Shown here in pieces: positions 1-10,159 of a stretch of 64,000 nucleotides of DNA. Origin of the DNA: Planctomycetota bacterium (GTDB lineage Bacteria; Planctomycetota; UBA8108; SXIK01); NCBI GenBank assembly GCA_965223265.1, contig OZ244999.1:2624001-2688000 (forward strand). Direction: 5' to 3'. A program made the position numbers and the translations under genes. Under the pieces are notes generated by a model that worked only from the letters and a program-made list of their open reading frames with translations, ran no database searches and was not told the DNA's origin. The stretch's first letter is position 1, and each line of letters opens with the position of its first letter.

Positions 1-662
1 CGCGCCTCCTCATTGGGTTCTAGCGCGGCGTGTGCCATGCCAAGATATCCCGTCTGGCCTGGTGCCGCCCGGGTGATGTCAATTGCGCCCTCAGGCGCCA
101 GACTGATCGAGGCCGGGATCGTGTCACTCGACGTCCCCTGCAGTCGAGAGATCGCCGCGCTGATCGACGGCCAGCCGCCTTCCGGATAGCCCGGAACGCG
201 TGGGGAGTCGCGCATTGCGGGGTGGCTCTCCCATCCGGTCAAGCACTGGTGCAGGTTGTGCTGATCGATGGCGCCGACGAGCGAACGGACGATCGCGAGC
301 TTGTCCATGATGCGGGCCATGCGTGGCATGAGCTCGCAAATCTCGATCCCGTCCACGTTCGTCGGGATCGGCCGAAACTCACCACGCACCTCACGCGGAG
401 CCGTCGGCTTGAGGTCGTACATGTCGAGGTGGGGCGGGCCACCCGGCAGAAGGATCATGATGATCCCTTTCTGCTTGCGTCCTGCGCCCGGCTTCGACGT
501 GCCGTCAGCTGCCGCCTCGGCACGCAGTAATTGAGGCAGGGACAAGCCGCCGAAGCCCAGGCTGCCGATCCGCAGAAAGCTGCGGCGACTCAGGCTTAAG
601 GGGCGCCGTCGCGGATCTCGTGGTGTCGCTTCTTCTGCTCGACGGTCGACCAAATGGAGCAC
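1..662 (-). CDS. DUF1501 family protein, runs off the left edge of the window
   Basis: Not in the ORF track because no stop is in the window. Manual translation from GTG at 662: MLHLVD...LSRRSFLRIGSLGFGGLSLPQLLRAEA...IIMILLPGGPPHLDMYDLKPTAPREVRGEFRPIPTNVDGIEICELMPRMARIMDK; clearly paralogous to 40763..42112; AGGGAG RBS upstream. Confidence 0.9.
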   Translation of the reverse strand, partial: MLHLVDRRAEEATPRDPRRRPLSLSRRSFLRIGSLGFGGLSLPQLLRAEAAADGTSKPGAGRKQKGIIMILLPGGPPHLDMYDLKPTAPREVRGEFRPIPTNVDGIEICELMPRMARIMDKLAIVRSLVGAIDQHNLHQCLTGWESHPAMRDSPRVPGYPEGGWPSISAAISRLQGTSSDTIPASISLAPEGAIDITRAAPGQTGYLGMAHAALEPNEEA

Positions 663-842
663 GTGAGCGTCTCCCTAGCGAACGAAGGCTTTCGAAAAAA
701 TAGAATGCAGGGCCGGCCGCGTGCCGCGCGGCGCTCACCGTCAGGAATGGTGCCATAGTAGCTTAGATCTATCGTGTCGACAACTGCCGCCGTTTGATCC
801 TGAGCAATTCCTCGTGGCGCAGGATCGCACTTGAGGTCGTGG

Positions 843-1301
843 TTACGCCTTCCACACACGCCGAATGGCTAGTGGAATCAGCCACACGAACACGAGTCCG
901 GACACCAGTGGCGGCACGACGAGAATCGCGCATAGGGTCGGTCCGAACCAGAGCGACAAGAAACCACGGATGCGCGCGTTCGAGGGTTCGTCCGGCGCGT
1001 AGAGTACTTCCACCGAACTACCGGCGGCATGGCTCGGCGGGTTGCTGGCCCAGCGCGAGATAACGCGCTGTGTGGCGCCGGATTCATCGGAGAACTCGAA
1101 GACGACGTAGTAGGACTCTGACCCGTTTGAATCGGCGCTCTTTTCAATCGCCGTGACGGTGCCTTGCGTCGTCTTCGACGTGGCCAGAAAAGAGCGCGTC
1201 AAGGCGAAGAACCAGACGCCCAGAGCCGCTGGAACGAGCGCCAACAGCAGGAGGATGCAGCCGATAATACGGGCGGGCAGTATGAATCCGTGAACGTTCA
1301 C
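843..1301 (-). CDS. DUF3592-like membrane protein
   Basis: TM helix, beta-rich domain (TQGTVTAI...YYVVFEF...GSSVEVLYAPDEPSNARI), second TM helix. Confidence 0.75.
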   Translation of the reverse strand: MNVHGFILPARIIGCILLLLALVPAALGVWFFALTRSFLATSKTTQGTVTAIEKSADSNGSESYYVVFEFSDESGATQRVISRWASNPPSHAAGSSVEVLYAPDEPSNARIRGFLSLWFGPTLCAILVVPPLVSGLVFVWLIPLAIRRVWKA

Positions 1302-1490
1302 AATTGAAGCCTAACTCTTTCGTCCTGTCGCCAAAATACTGTACCTTACGACCGACGCGCGTGAGTTGAGTTGGACTCGCCCGAGACGACGAGCCTATGT
1401 TTGAGGTGACGAGGTCGCCGCATAGGCAGAAAACATGATCGGGCGGCCGATGAAGGGTTGGCGAGGAGTGTTTTTGTGTCAAGGCATTCC

Positions 1491-2405
1491 ATGCGAAAAC
1501 TCGGAGGAGAAGAGATCGAGATGCCCATCCGAAGAGCGTCAATCGCGGACCCTGATGAGCGCATGGCCCGTTGGCGTCCAGAGGATTTTTCTGCCCGCGT
1601 CTCGGGTCGCCGACAGCGTTACGCGGCCGGTTCGCCGAGCGGCGCCGAAATCGAAGCTTACCGCGACGAGATGCGCGCGTCCTTGGACTCGAGCGGGGTT
1701 GCACGGGCTCTAGTCCTTGGTATGACGCCGGAGCTGCGACAACTCGCCGTCGACAGCGGCTCTGCGCTCACTAGTGTAGATCACTGTGAGGCGGCGATCG
1801 AGGCATACGGTGATTGGATTTCTCCAGAGGCGACGGAGAAGATTTTACGCCGCGAGTGGACCGAGATGGACGCTTCAACGCTTGGTCATTTCGGGGTCGT
1901 GTTCGGTGACGGTGTGTTCCCAAATCTCTTGTCACTCGCTCAACAGCAACGCGTGCTTCGATTGCTCGGTGACGTACTGGCGGATGGAGCACGCGGCATT
2001 TTTCGGCAACCGCTCTTGCCGGAGTCGGAGGTCATCCGCTCCCTGTCATTTGACCGCATTCTTGACGCCTATCGCCGCGGCGCGATGAGCGTGCCGGCAT
2101 TCGCCCTCACAGCTCGGTTGTGGGGGTTTGCGTCGACGCCGGGAGTCCTCGAGCGCGGCGTCCTCGACAACGCGCGCGTTTTTGAACTCATCGACGCCCG
2201 GCTCGCGGCAGGTGACATCACGCCGGCCGAGCATGAGTCCCTGCAGATTTTCAGCTACTCAGGCAAAAATCTCTTCTTGACCAGCTCTGAATGGGAGTCC
2301 GCCGTGCATTCCGAAGGTCTTTCATGCAGGCGTATCGAGCTGACAGGCGAGCCGTGGTACGCGTACTATCCTCTGTACGTGCTGGAGCGCGGCGATGCAG
2401 GATGA
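1491..2405 (+). CDS. Class I SAM-dependent methyltransferase-like protein
   Basis: RALVLGMTPEL (motif I-like), LTSVD acidic motif, FGVVFGDG. Start uncertain (1491 or 1521). Confidence 0.65.
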   Translation: MRKLGGEEIEMPIRRASIADPDERMARWRPEDFSARVSGRRQRYAAGSPSGAEIEAYRDEMRASLDSSGVARALVLGMTPELRQLAVDSGSALTSVDHCEAAIEAYGDWISPEATEKILRREWTEMDASTLGHFGVVFGDGVFPNLLSLAQQQRVLRLLGDVLADGARGIFRQPLLPESEVIRSLSFDRILDAYRRGAMSVPAFALTARLWGFASTPGVLERGVLDNARVFELIDARLAAGDITPAEHESLQIFSYSGKNLFLTSSEWESAVHSEGLSCRRIELTGEPWYAYYPLYVLERGDAG

Positions 2406-3390
2406 TCCCGCCTACGCTGGGACACCGCTTTCAGACGCACCGAAGCCGTGGATGCGTTTCGCTGACAAGCTGGATCGTCTGCGCTACCGGATCGCGCGAC
2501 GATGGCCTCGAAACTCGCGTCGACGTCAGCACCTCGCGATCGTCGACTTCGACACTGCGCGCGTCACTTTTTCCGACCGTCACGCGCGCTGGATCAACGC
2601 GCGCAGTGAAAGATTCTCAGCTTGCGTTACCCAGCGTCCGGAACGTGCCGATGTCATTTGGGTGCACGTGCAGGATCCGATGTCAGCAGAGTCGCGCGCA
2701 CGGACGGATGCCGTCCTAGCGGAGAGCCGTGGCGTGCCGATCATCAACCAGCCGAACCGCTACAACTTCTACCATGAGCCGGGATCTTTTCAGAAGCTCG
2801 CAGCGGCGGGTGTCTCGGTCCCCGTCGAGATTCTTCCCGGCGACAACTACTCTGGGCTGGCGGTCTACAAGCAGGCGAACACCCAGGTCTCTCCGAAAAG
2901 CCTTGAGCCCTACGACGGCCCCAGAGAGGGCTACCGGGCTTTTTCGTACCTTGACTTCCGAGATGGCGATGGCGCTTTTCGTCGCTATCGCGTTTTTTAT
3001 CTTTGCGGTTGGATTCGAGCGAGCAAGCTGTTCGTTTCTCGGCACTGGAACGTGTCTGGCGGATCATGCGAGCGGCTCTTCTACGGATTTCACCTGACGC
3101 CGAAGATGCGAGACTCTGTGGGAAAGATCGCGGAGGTCAGCGGGCTCGATTTTTTCGCAGTCGACATGCTCGTTCGCGCCGAGGATGATGAGCCCTTCTT
3201 TGTCGATATCAATACGTACCCGCGGATCAATTCACTGCGTTCAACGCAAATCGCTGCAGGTGCGCTCGTGGTACCGCACACCTTCGACGCGCGTAGGGTT
3301 CTCGGGATGCCTGAGCCTGATGGGATCGATCCTGGAGTCGCTTTCGACTTGGCTGTGACCCGCTGGCGCGAGAAAGTCTTGGAAGGTTAG
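2395..3390 (+). CDS. ATP-grasp fold protein (RimK/ITPK1-like)
   Basis: PIINQP, KLAAAGVSVP, RYRVFYL, GLDFFAVDML...FFVDINTYP terminal ATP-grasp motif; 11-bp overlap with the upstream gene. Confidence 0.65.
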   Translation: MQDDPAYAGTPLSDAPKPWMRFADKLDRLRYRIARRWPRNSRRRQHLAIVDFDTARVTFSDRHARWINARSERFSACVTQRPERADVIWVHVQDPMSAESRARTDAVLAESRGVPIINQPNRYNFYHEPGSFQKLAAAGVSVPVEILPGDNYSGLAVYKQANTQVSPKSLEPYDGPREGYRAFSYLDFRDGDGAFRRYRVFYLCGWIRASKLFVSRHWNVSGGSCERLFYGFHLTPKMRDSVGKIAEVSGLDFFAVDMLVRAEDDEPFFVDINTYPRINSLRSTQIAAGALVVPHTFDARRVLGMPEPDGIDPGVAFDLAVTRWREKVLEG

Positions 3391-3475
3391 CACACCCGTC
3401 TCGTCTCCATCGGTGTTGGAGAAGGTGCTCCGGAAGCGCAGTCAAGTCTGACCGACGAGATTGATCACGATGAGG

Positions 3476-4306
3476 TCACTCCTCCTCAACGTCCTCTTCG
3501 AAATAGTATATGCCGAGCGCAGCGCGCTTGCGTCCGGTGCCGCGCACCCCGGGGGACGCGTCGCGGTCGTGGCGCGCCATCACAGCGTCGAGTTGCTCAA
3601 GCAACTTCTGGGCGTCCTGTGCCGCGAGGGCGCGTAGGCGTGTGACAAACTCCGCCGTGAGGTTGTCGTAGGCTACCTTGCGCTGAAAGAAGGCGTCGTC
3701 GCTTGTGTGAGTGAGGTTGTGGTCGATGGTAGCCACGAGCTCAGCGACGTCCTGTCCGAGCACTCCGAGTTTTTCTTCTTCGCCTGTGCGTGGTACGTAA
3801 GCGCGCGTCACGAGCTTGATGCGACCGTCTTTGAGTCGTTCGACAGCACCGACGCGGCTGAGCTCATCGAGGACAGCGCGAGCCGGCATGTCGCCACTGA
3901 AACTCCTCACGAGCTCGGCGAAGCTCTTTCGGTCGCCGTCGAACGGCAGTGAGGCCGGTGCGCCGCGACGATCTTGGAATCTTCGGGTCCTCACCCAACC
4001 AGAGATCACACGAGCGGCTCGATTGTAACGTTCCGTGTCGTCGGCTGTGGATTCGGTGTCCTGACTCAAGAGGCGCGCCACCTCCTTGCGCGTCAGGCCA
4101 GTCAAAATCGAAATGCGTGACTGTGATGGTTTTCTGCCAGGGACTGCAAAGTCGTCGCTTGCAACATCAACGTAGACTCTTTTGGCGTGCTCCATGAAAA
4201 CGCCGAAAGGCATGCTGTTGCGTAGCAGGATCCGGACTAGCGGACGCAGCAGCCTTTTGATCGCCTTGCCGAGAGCAGCGCGAACGTCCGCCTTCATACC
4301 AGCCAT
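3476..4306 (-). CDS. DUF6502 family protein with N-terminal HTH-like segment (putative regulator)
   Basis: LLRPLVRILLRN, SQSRISILTGLTRKEVARL, ARVISGW, DMPARAVLDEL, FQRKVAYDNL, GIYYFEE; adjacent to a DUF5666 gene as is usual for this family. Confidence 0.8.
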   Translation of the reverse strand: MAGMKADVRAALGKAIKRLLRPLVRILLRNSMPFGVFMEHAKRVYVDVASDDFAVPGRKPSQSRISILTGLTRKEVARLLSQDTESTADDTERYNRAARVISGWVRTRRFQDRRGAPASLPFDGDRKSFAELVRSFSGDMPARAVLDELSRVGAVERLKDGRIKLVTRAYVPRTGEEEKLGVLGQDVAELVATIDHNLTHTSDDAFFQRKVAYDNLTAEFVTRLRALAAQDAQKLLEQLDAVMARHDRDASPGVRGTGRKRAALGIYYFEEDVEEE

Positions 4307-4423
4307 CCAAATTGGTCTGGAAGATCAAAGAAACCGCCGGCGCGCGGGTCCCCAGCCGCTCGACGCTCGCAGCGAACTCGTGGCGTGTGAGGCACTCGAC
4401 TGTTTGCCCGTAGACCCGAACGG

Positions 4424-5926
4424 CTACGAATCAAGCTCGAACTCCACCTCATCGGCTTGATCGATCGACGCGTTGTCATCATCTTCGTCGTCCGAGACCT
4501 TGACGAGATCGCCTACCCGGATGCGCGAGAAGAACGCGTCGGCGCCGATCTCCGTGTCGCTTTCGTCCTGAAACTCCGTCGTTGCGTCGGTCGGGACCGT
4601 TTGCCCGAGAATCGTCACCGTCCGAGCGGCCACGTCAAAAGTCTCGACGCGCCCCTGCAATTCGACGTCGTCGCTATCCTCTCGGCGTCGCAGCGTTGTG
4701 GCGATGACGCTGCCATCATGACCAAGGAATCCGCGCACCTCAAGATAGTCTCCGGGACTTAGGCTGCCGACGGAAAGTTGCTGGTCATCGTCAATCTCAT
4801 CGTCCGTCTGTGTGCCAGCATCGACTGTGACGGTCACGCCCAAGAGTGTGAACCGACTCGTCGATGCATCAATGCTTGCCTCGGTGTCGATCTCCGCGGC
4901 AAGGCGTATCTCAGACTGCCGCAGTTCGAGTTCACGGGCTACGAGGACGCCGCTGTTGAGTCGACCCTCGACCTGCACGCGCACGCCAGCCCGAAAGAGC
5001 GTTGGGTCGTTAGGGCGCAGTGTCGCGCTGGAAGCGTCGACGGCTTGCCCACCGATCGAGAACTCCCCGAGGCTCTGAAACGTGGTGATGAATCCCTCGA
5101 TCTCGACGTCGTCACCCTCGACCGAGACGCCGCCGATCGTCACATTCTCGTTTTCAAGCTCGATGCGCGAAGCCGAGACGTCGCCCGCGGCATCGAGGAT
5201 TCCTTCAACTTCGACGAAAAGTCCGTTGGCGACGCCCGAGGGCAGATCGGTCAGATCGGTCGACACACCGGTCGGATCGAAGCGAATGACGATGCCGGCG
5301 AGGCGGAATTGGTCGACACCGTCGAAGTCTGACACGCTGCCTTTGATCTCGACGGGGGTTCCTGCGGGCGAAACGACGCCAGTTTTTTCGATTCGACTAG
5401 CGCGTAGCCTGCCACTTTCGTCGGTCAGGCCGCTCACTTTGACGACGTCGTCGACAGAAACCGACGCGAAAGCAAATCCTGCACCACTCGAGGCGAACAC
5501 GGTAGAGTCTTCGTCGACCACCACGATCGTTCCCAGCACGCTCAACTCCTTCACCCGACCGTCGCCCGGTAGAAGTGTCACCTGCGACACTGGGCCTTCG
5601 ATATCGTCGTCGTACTCTACGTCGCTAGCGACGCCGCGTGAGGTGTTGTCATCCACAGAGCCGCGGACGGTGACGACCATGCCGAGGGCGAGATCTCCGT
5701 CGCTTCCGGGCGCGTCGTCGATGCTGACCGCGGCGCCCTCCGTCTCCCATTCGACGCCGCCGACAAAAATGCTCCCGAAACCGGTGATCGGACCGCGCAC
5801 AACCGTGACGCCGGAACCGGTGCCACCGATGCCGCCGCTGGCGATAGGGCCTGGGCTGCTACCGCCGCCGCTACTACAGGCTAAGGGCAGCGAGCTCAGC
5901 ACGAGCAAAATGACGATGGAACGCAT
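4424..5926 (-). CDS. DUF5666 repeat lipoprotein
   Basis: Lipobox MRSIVILLVLSSLPLA-C, GGIGGTG motif, GPITGFGSIFVGGV, about six repeated beta units (V-x-V-E/K/R-G); start placed at 5926, not the ORF-track 6109. Confidence 0.85.
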   Translation of the reverse strand: MRSIVILLVLSSLPLACSSGGGSSPGPIASGGIGGTGSGVTVVRGPITGFGSIFVGGVEWETEGAAVSIDDAPGSDGDLALGMVVTVRGSVDDNTSRGVASDVEYDDDIEGPVSQVTLLPGDGRVKELSVLGTIVVVDEDSTVFASSGAGFAFASVSVDDVVKVSGLTDESGRLRASRIEKTGVVSPAGTPVEIKGSVSDFDGVDQFRLAGIVIRFDPTGVSTDLTDLPSGVANGLFVEVEGILDAAGDVSASRIELENENVTIGGVSVEGDDVEIEGFITTFQSLGEFSIGGQAVDASSATLRPNDPTLFRAGVRVQVEGRLNSGVLVARELELRQSEIRLAAEIDTEASIDASTSRFTLLGVTVTVDAGTQTDDEIDDDQQLSVGSLSPGDYLEVRGFLGHDGSVIATTLRRREDSDDVELQGRVETFDVAARTVTILGQTVPTDATTEFQDESDTEIGADAFFSRIRVGDLVKVSDDEDDDNASIDQADEVEFELDS

Positions 5927-5964
5927 ACACACCTGCGTCGACGAGGACTTGGGGCCGTTCAATT

Positions 5965-5980
5965 TGGGAATATTATCCCA
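5965..5980. promoter_or_regulatory. Palindrome TGGGA-ATATTA-TCCCA, candidate operator of the DUF5666-DUF6502 unit
   Basis: AT-rich-centred inverted repeat about 40 bp upstream of the DUF5666 start in a GC-rich background. Confidence 0.45.
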
Positions 5981-6083
5981 TTTGATGGCTCGCGGGTCAA
6001 CCCGGCCGGCGATCGATCGAGCTGGTTGGGTGTCGCGATGTATGCGCTCCGTTCTCTGATGAGGCTGAGTCAGAGCCGGAACG

Positions 6084-7133
<1,050 letters not shown>

Positions 7134-7237
7134 GAAGGACTTTCTCCGTGAAGAATCTGCTGAAGTGCACCCTGCGCGCCGTTCGGGGCAGTCGGTCGGA
7201 CGCAAGCGGTCATTGTAGTCATGATCCGGAGACATGG

Positions 7238-7256
7238 AAGCCCCGAGGGGGGCTTT
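7238..7256 (-). terminator. GC hairpin just after the PIG-L deacetylase stop, possible terminator
   Basis: AAGCCCC / GGGGCTT stem 10 bp beyond the stop at 7267; weak U-tract. Confidence 0.3.
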
Positions 7257-7266
7257 CGCGCCTGCG

Positions 7267-8250
7267 TTAGAAGAACGGAAATAGAGAGCGCAATTCCTGC
7301 GCCGACGGTTGCCGGCCGTACTCGCACAACTCGAACGCCTCGGCATGCTGAATCGCCGTGGCAGCGCTCGCTCCGTAGAGCTCGCTGAGAATCGTGCGGT
7401 GTTTTTCGGCTGTGTCGGCGAATCTCCGCGCGAAATACGATCGTACTTGCTGGTGGCGATTCTTCTTGCCCTGCTCGTCGGCCGGAATGAGTCCTGCGTT
7501 TCCGGTAGCGCCGCCCTCGAAGAATTGCGACACCATCACGCCGAGGGCGTCGAGCTTGACTTCGATGACGTCGTCGATGGCGATCGCCACATCGGCTTCG
7601 AACGGATTCGGCTTGAGAAAGCGATCTGAATAATACATGAAGACTGGATTTCGCGTCAGGTTGGGTTCGTCGGGACAGAAAAACGGCACCGTGACCATGT
7701 ACGCTGCATCTTGCACAAGAATGCCGGCGTAGCGGTGGTCGGGGTGGTAGTCGTTGGGTCGATGGGTCAGGACGACGTCAGCTTTCCACTGCCGAATGAG
7801 GCGTGTGACCATGCGGCGGTTCTCGAGCGTCGGGAGTAGCTCGCCGTCGTGGATGTCGAGGACCTCCGTGGTGATTCCGAGCAGTTTGGCCGCCTCGGTA
7901 ACCTCTTTGGCGCGACGTCGAGCGAGCGGGCCTCCGGCGCTCTGCCAGTGCCCGATATCGCCGTTGGTCAGTGCGACGAACTTGACGTGATGTCCCTGGC
8001 GGGCCCATTTGGCCGCCACGCCACCGGCCTTGATTTCGCAATCGTCCGGATGCGCGCCAAACGCGATGATTCTGAGCTTGCCATCGGTCGCAGCCAATGC
8101 GGGTGCGGCCAAGCGCGGAACGACAGCCGTCGGCTCGCCCGCAGTCGCATCGACCAAAAGTTGGCGTCGGTGATCGTGGAGAAACCACCCAGCCACGACG
8201 CCGACGAAAACCAAGAAAACGGTTGTGACGCGTGTGTGGGAATGACGCAT
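7267..8250 (-). CDS. PIG-L/LmbE family deacetylase with N-terminal membrane anchor or signal
   Basis: GAHPDD and YHPDH metal motifs, LTNGD, DGEL; hydrophobic N-terminus from ATG 8250. Confidence 0.9.
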   Translation of the reverse strand: MRHSHTRVTTVFLVFVGVVAGWFLHDHRRQLLVDATAGEPTAVVPRLAAPALAATDGKLRIIAFGAHPDDCEIKAGGVAAKWARQGHHVKFVALTNGDIGHWQSAGGPLARRRAKEVTEAAKLLGITTEVLDIHDGELLPTLENRRMVTRLIRQWKADVVLTHRPNDYHPDHRYAGILVQDAAYMVTVPFFCPDEPNLTRNPVFMYYSDRFLKPNPFEADVAIAIDDVIEVKLDALGVMVSQFFEGGATGNAGLIPADEQGKKNRHQQVRSYFARRFADTAEKHRTILSELYGASAATAIQHAEAFELCEYGRQPSAQELRSLFPFF

Positions 8251-8838
8251 GGCTCCAGTCTCCAAGCTAGTTGAAGGAGGTGATGGGATGACTCCAACGT
8301 ACCGTAGCCTTGCAGTCGGCAGTCGAAGCAGCTTCGCTGCGACGTTGATGCTGCTGCGCTGGGGCGCGGAGTTGGAGTTGGAACGGACCAAGAGACGCTT
8401 CAGTCTAATCGTCCGCTGTGTCTCAGGGCGAGCCGGATTCGATACCAAAAACCTGGGACGCGCGCGGCGTATCACTGGGTGCTCGTCTGCTGCCGCGCGA
8501 TGGCCGCGCGATTCGCGGCGTCAGATTGGCTCCCTTTGTTTCGCCGCTGCCTTCGGTGCAAGACTTTTCGAGCACCCGATCGCACGTCAGGGCGGGAATC
8601 GAAGCAGAGGACAGAGAGAACGAAGGGCTGAGACGCCGTCGCTGCCATGCGGCGTCGCGCCTGCTAGGACCAGCTCTCACCGGGGCCGCTTGGTGTCGCT
8701 AAGCCTTGCCGAAGAGGGGAAATGCGAGACGAGGACCTGAACTCTGAATCCTTTTGCATCTTCGAGGGCTCCTGACCTACGATGATTCGCGACGTCAGAC
8801 TCGGTTGATTTGTAATCTTCCTGTGATCGAGGCCGACC

Positions 8839-9975
8839 ATGCACCGCTCGTCGCGACGCGCGTTTCTCCAGCGCAGTTCGTCCGCAATCTTGGCCGCCGG
8901 ACTTGGTGGGGCGTCGCCCCTGCTCGGGCTGCGTGAGGCGATTGCCGCCGACGATCGACCGCCGAACATGATCCGCGAGTTCTCGCGCGGGGGCATGCGG
9001 TATCGGCGCTTGGGCACGACTGATGTGTTCGTCTCCCAGTTGTCGTTCGGTTCGCACACCGACCCCGCGTTCAAGGTCACCGGCGGTGGTCTCAGCTCAG
9101 AAGGACAGAAGCGCCGCGACAGGCAGATCGCGCGGGCGATGGACCTTGGGGTCAACATGGTTGACACCTACGAGAACGCTCGCCAGTGGGAGCCCATGGC
9201 CCGCCTCATCAAGCCAAAGCGTGACAAGGTCCTGGTGTCGCTCTGTCGCCAGTTTCCGAATTTTGTCGGCAACAACATCGATCAAGGCGCGAGACTCTTT
9301 GGACACGTTGATCTGTACAGGATCTATGTGGGCGATGCGGCAGCCGTGGATGGTCGGATTCTGGAAGACTGGGATGTCATGCGCAAGGCGAAGAAGGCTG
9401 GAAAGGTCCGCGCGATCGGCATCTCGACTCATAGCGAGCAGATGATGGTGAGTGCCCTCAACGAACTCGAGGGCCTTGACTACATCATGTTTCCCTACAA
9501 TTTCATTCACGCGCGCGCCGACTACACACAAGCCTTACCCCTCGCTATCCGAAAGAACGTCGGCTTGATCGCGATCAAACCCTTGGCAGCCGGCTCCATC
9601 GTTCGTCTCGACCCCAATGCGAATCCTGGGTCTGTTCCCGAGGGTGACCAGGCTCGACTCTACAAGGGTCGCAACAAATCGCTTCTGCCGGCAGTGGTTT
9701 CCAAGCTTGTCAAGGGACTTGATCAACTGCCGGGTGAGACACTTTGTCAAGCTGCCTTGCGGTTCGTGTATTCGCGGCCTTTCATCACCTCGGCGATGCC
9801 AGGGATGTTTCAGGATCACGAGGTCGAGGAAAACTACGGTGCTCTCAAGCGTGACAAGACGCTGGGTCGCGCCGAGAGGTCTGTCCTCGACGCTGCTGGG
9901 GCGCTGGCGAAACTTCAGGGCAGCGAGTGGTTGCCGAGCCACTACAGGTGGCTGGATGAGCGATGGCTCGCCTAG
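8839..9975 (+). CDS. Aldo/keto reductase family protein with Tat-like signal
   Basis: SRRAFL twin-Arg leader; MRYRRLGTTDVFVSQLSFG, GVNMVDT, GKVRAIGISTH, PYNF, GLIAIKPLAAG. Confidence 0.85.
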   Translation: MHRSSRRAFLQRSSSAILAAGLGGASPLLGLREAIAADDRPPNMIREFSRGGMRYRRLGTTDVFVSQLSFGSHTDPAFKVTGGGLSSEGQKRRDRQIARAMDLGVNMVDTYENARQWEPMARLIKPKRDKVLVSLCRQFPNFVGNNIDQGARLFGHVDLYRIYVGDAAAVDGRILEDWDVMRKAKKAGKVRAIGISTHSEQMMVSALNELEGLDYIMFPYNFIHARADYTQALPLAIRKNVGLIAIKPLAAGSIVRLDPNANPGSVPEGDQARLYKGRNKSLLPAVVSKLVKGLDQLPGETLCQAALRFVYSRPFITSAMPGMFQDHEVEENYGALKRDKTLGRAERSVLDAAGALAKLQGSEWLPSHYRWLDERWLA

Positions 9976-10135
9976 CAGCCCGTTGAAAAAGTCATTCGGC
10001 CGAAGAAACTGGCCTCTTCACGCCCAGCTCGACCGCGTCAATACTCGAAAATCCCGAAGATTGCCTCCGTTTGCCGCAGCCGATCTGGACGCGAAGAGAC
10101 CAGTTTTCGGCTCGAAGCACTTTTTCAACAGGCTG
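9976..10135 (+). mobile_element. MITE copy 1 (160 bp, subtype A), flanked by CTAG direct repeats
   Basis: Terminal inverted repeats CAGCCCGTTGAAAAAGT / ACTTTTTCAACAGGCTG; CTAG at 9972-9975 and 10136-10139; differs from 58951..59109 by a 1-nt indel. Confidence 0.9.
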
Positions 10136-10159
10136 CTAGCTTCGGTCCCGGGCGCGTTC

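Noticed and set aside
8274-8740. Perfect AAGGAGGTGA Shine-Dalgarno followed by an ORF
   Set aside because: The translation is Arg/Ser/Ala-rich with no recognisable motif; not supportable as a gene.
9617-9955. Long 5' extension of track ORF 9617..11743
   Set aside because: Overlaps the AKR gene in another frame; an artefact of open frames in GC-rich DNA.
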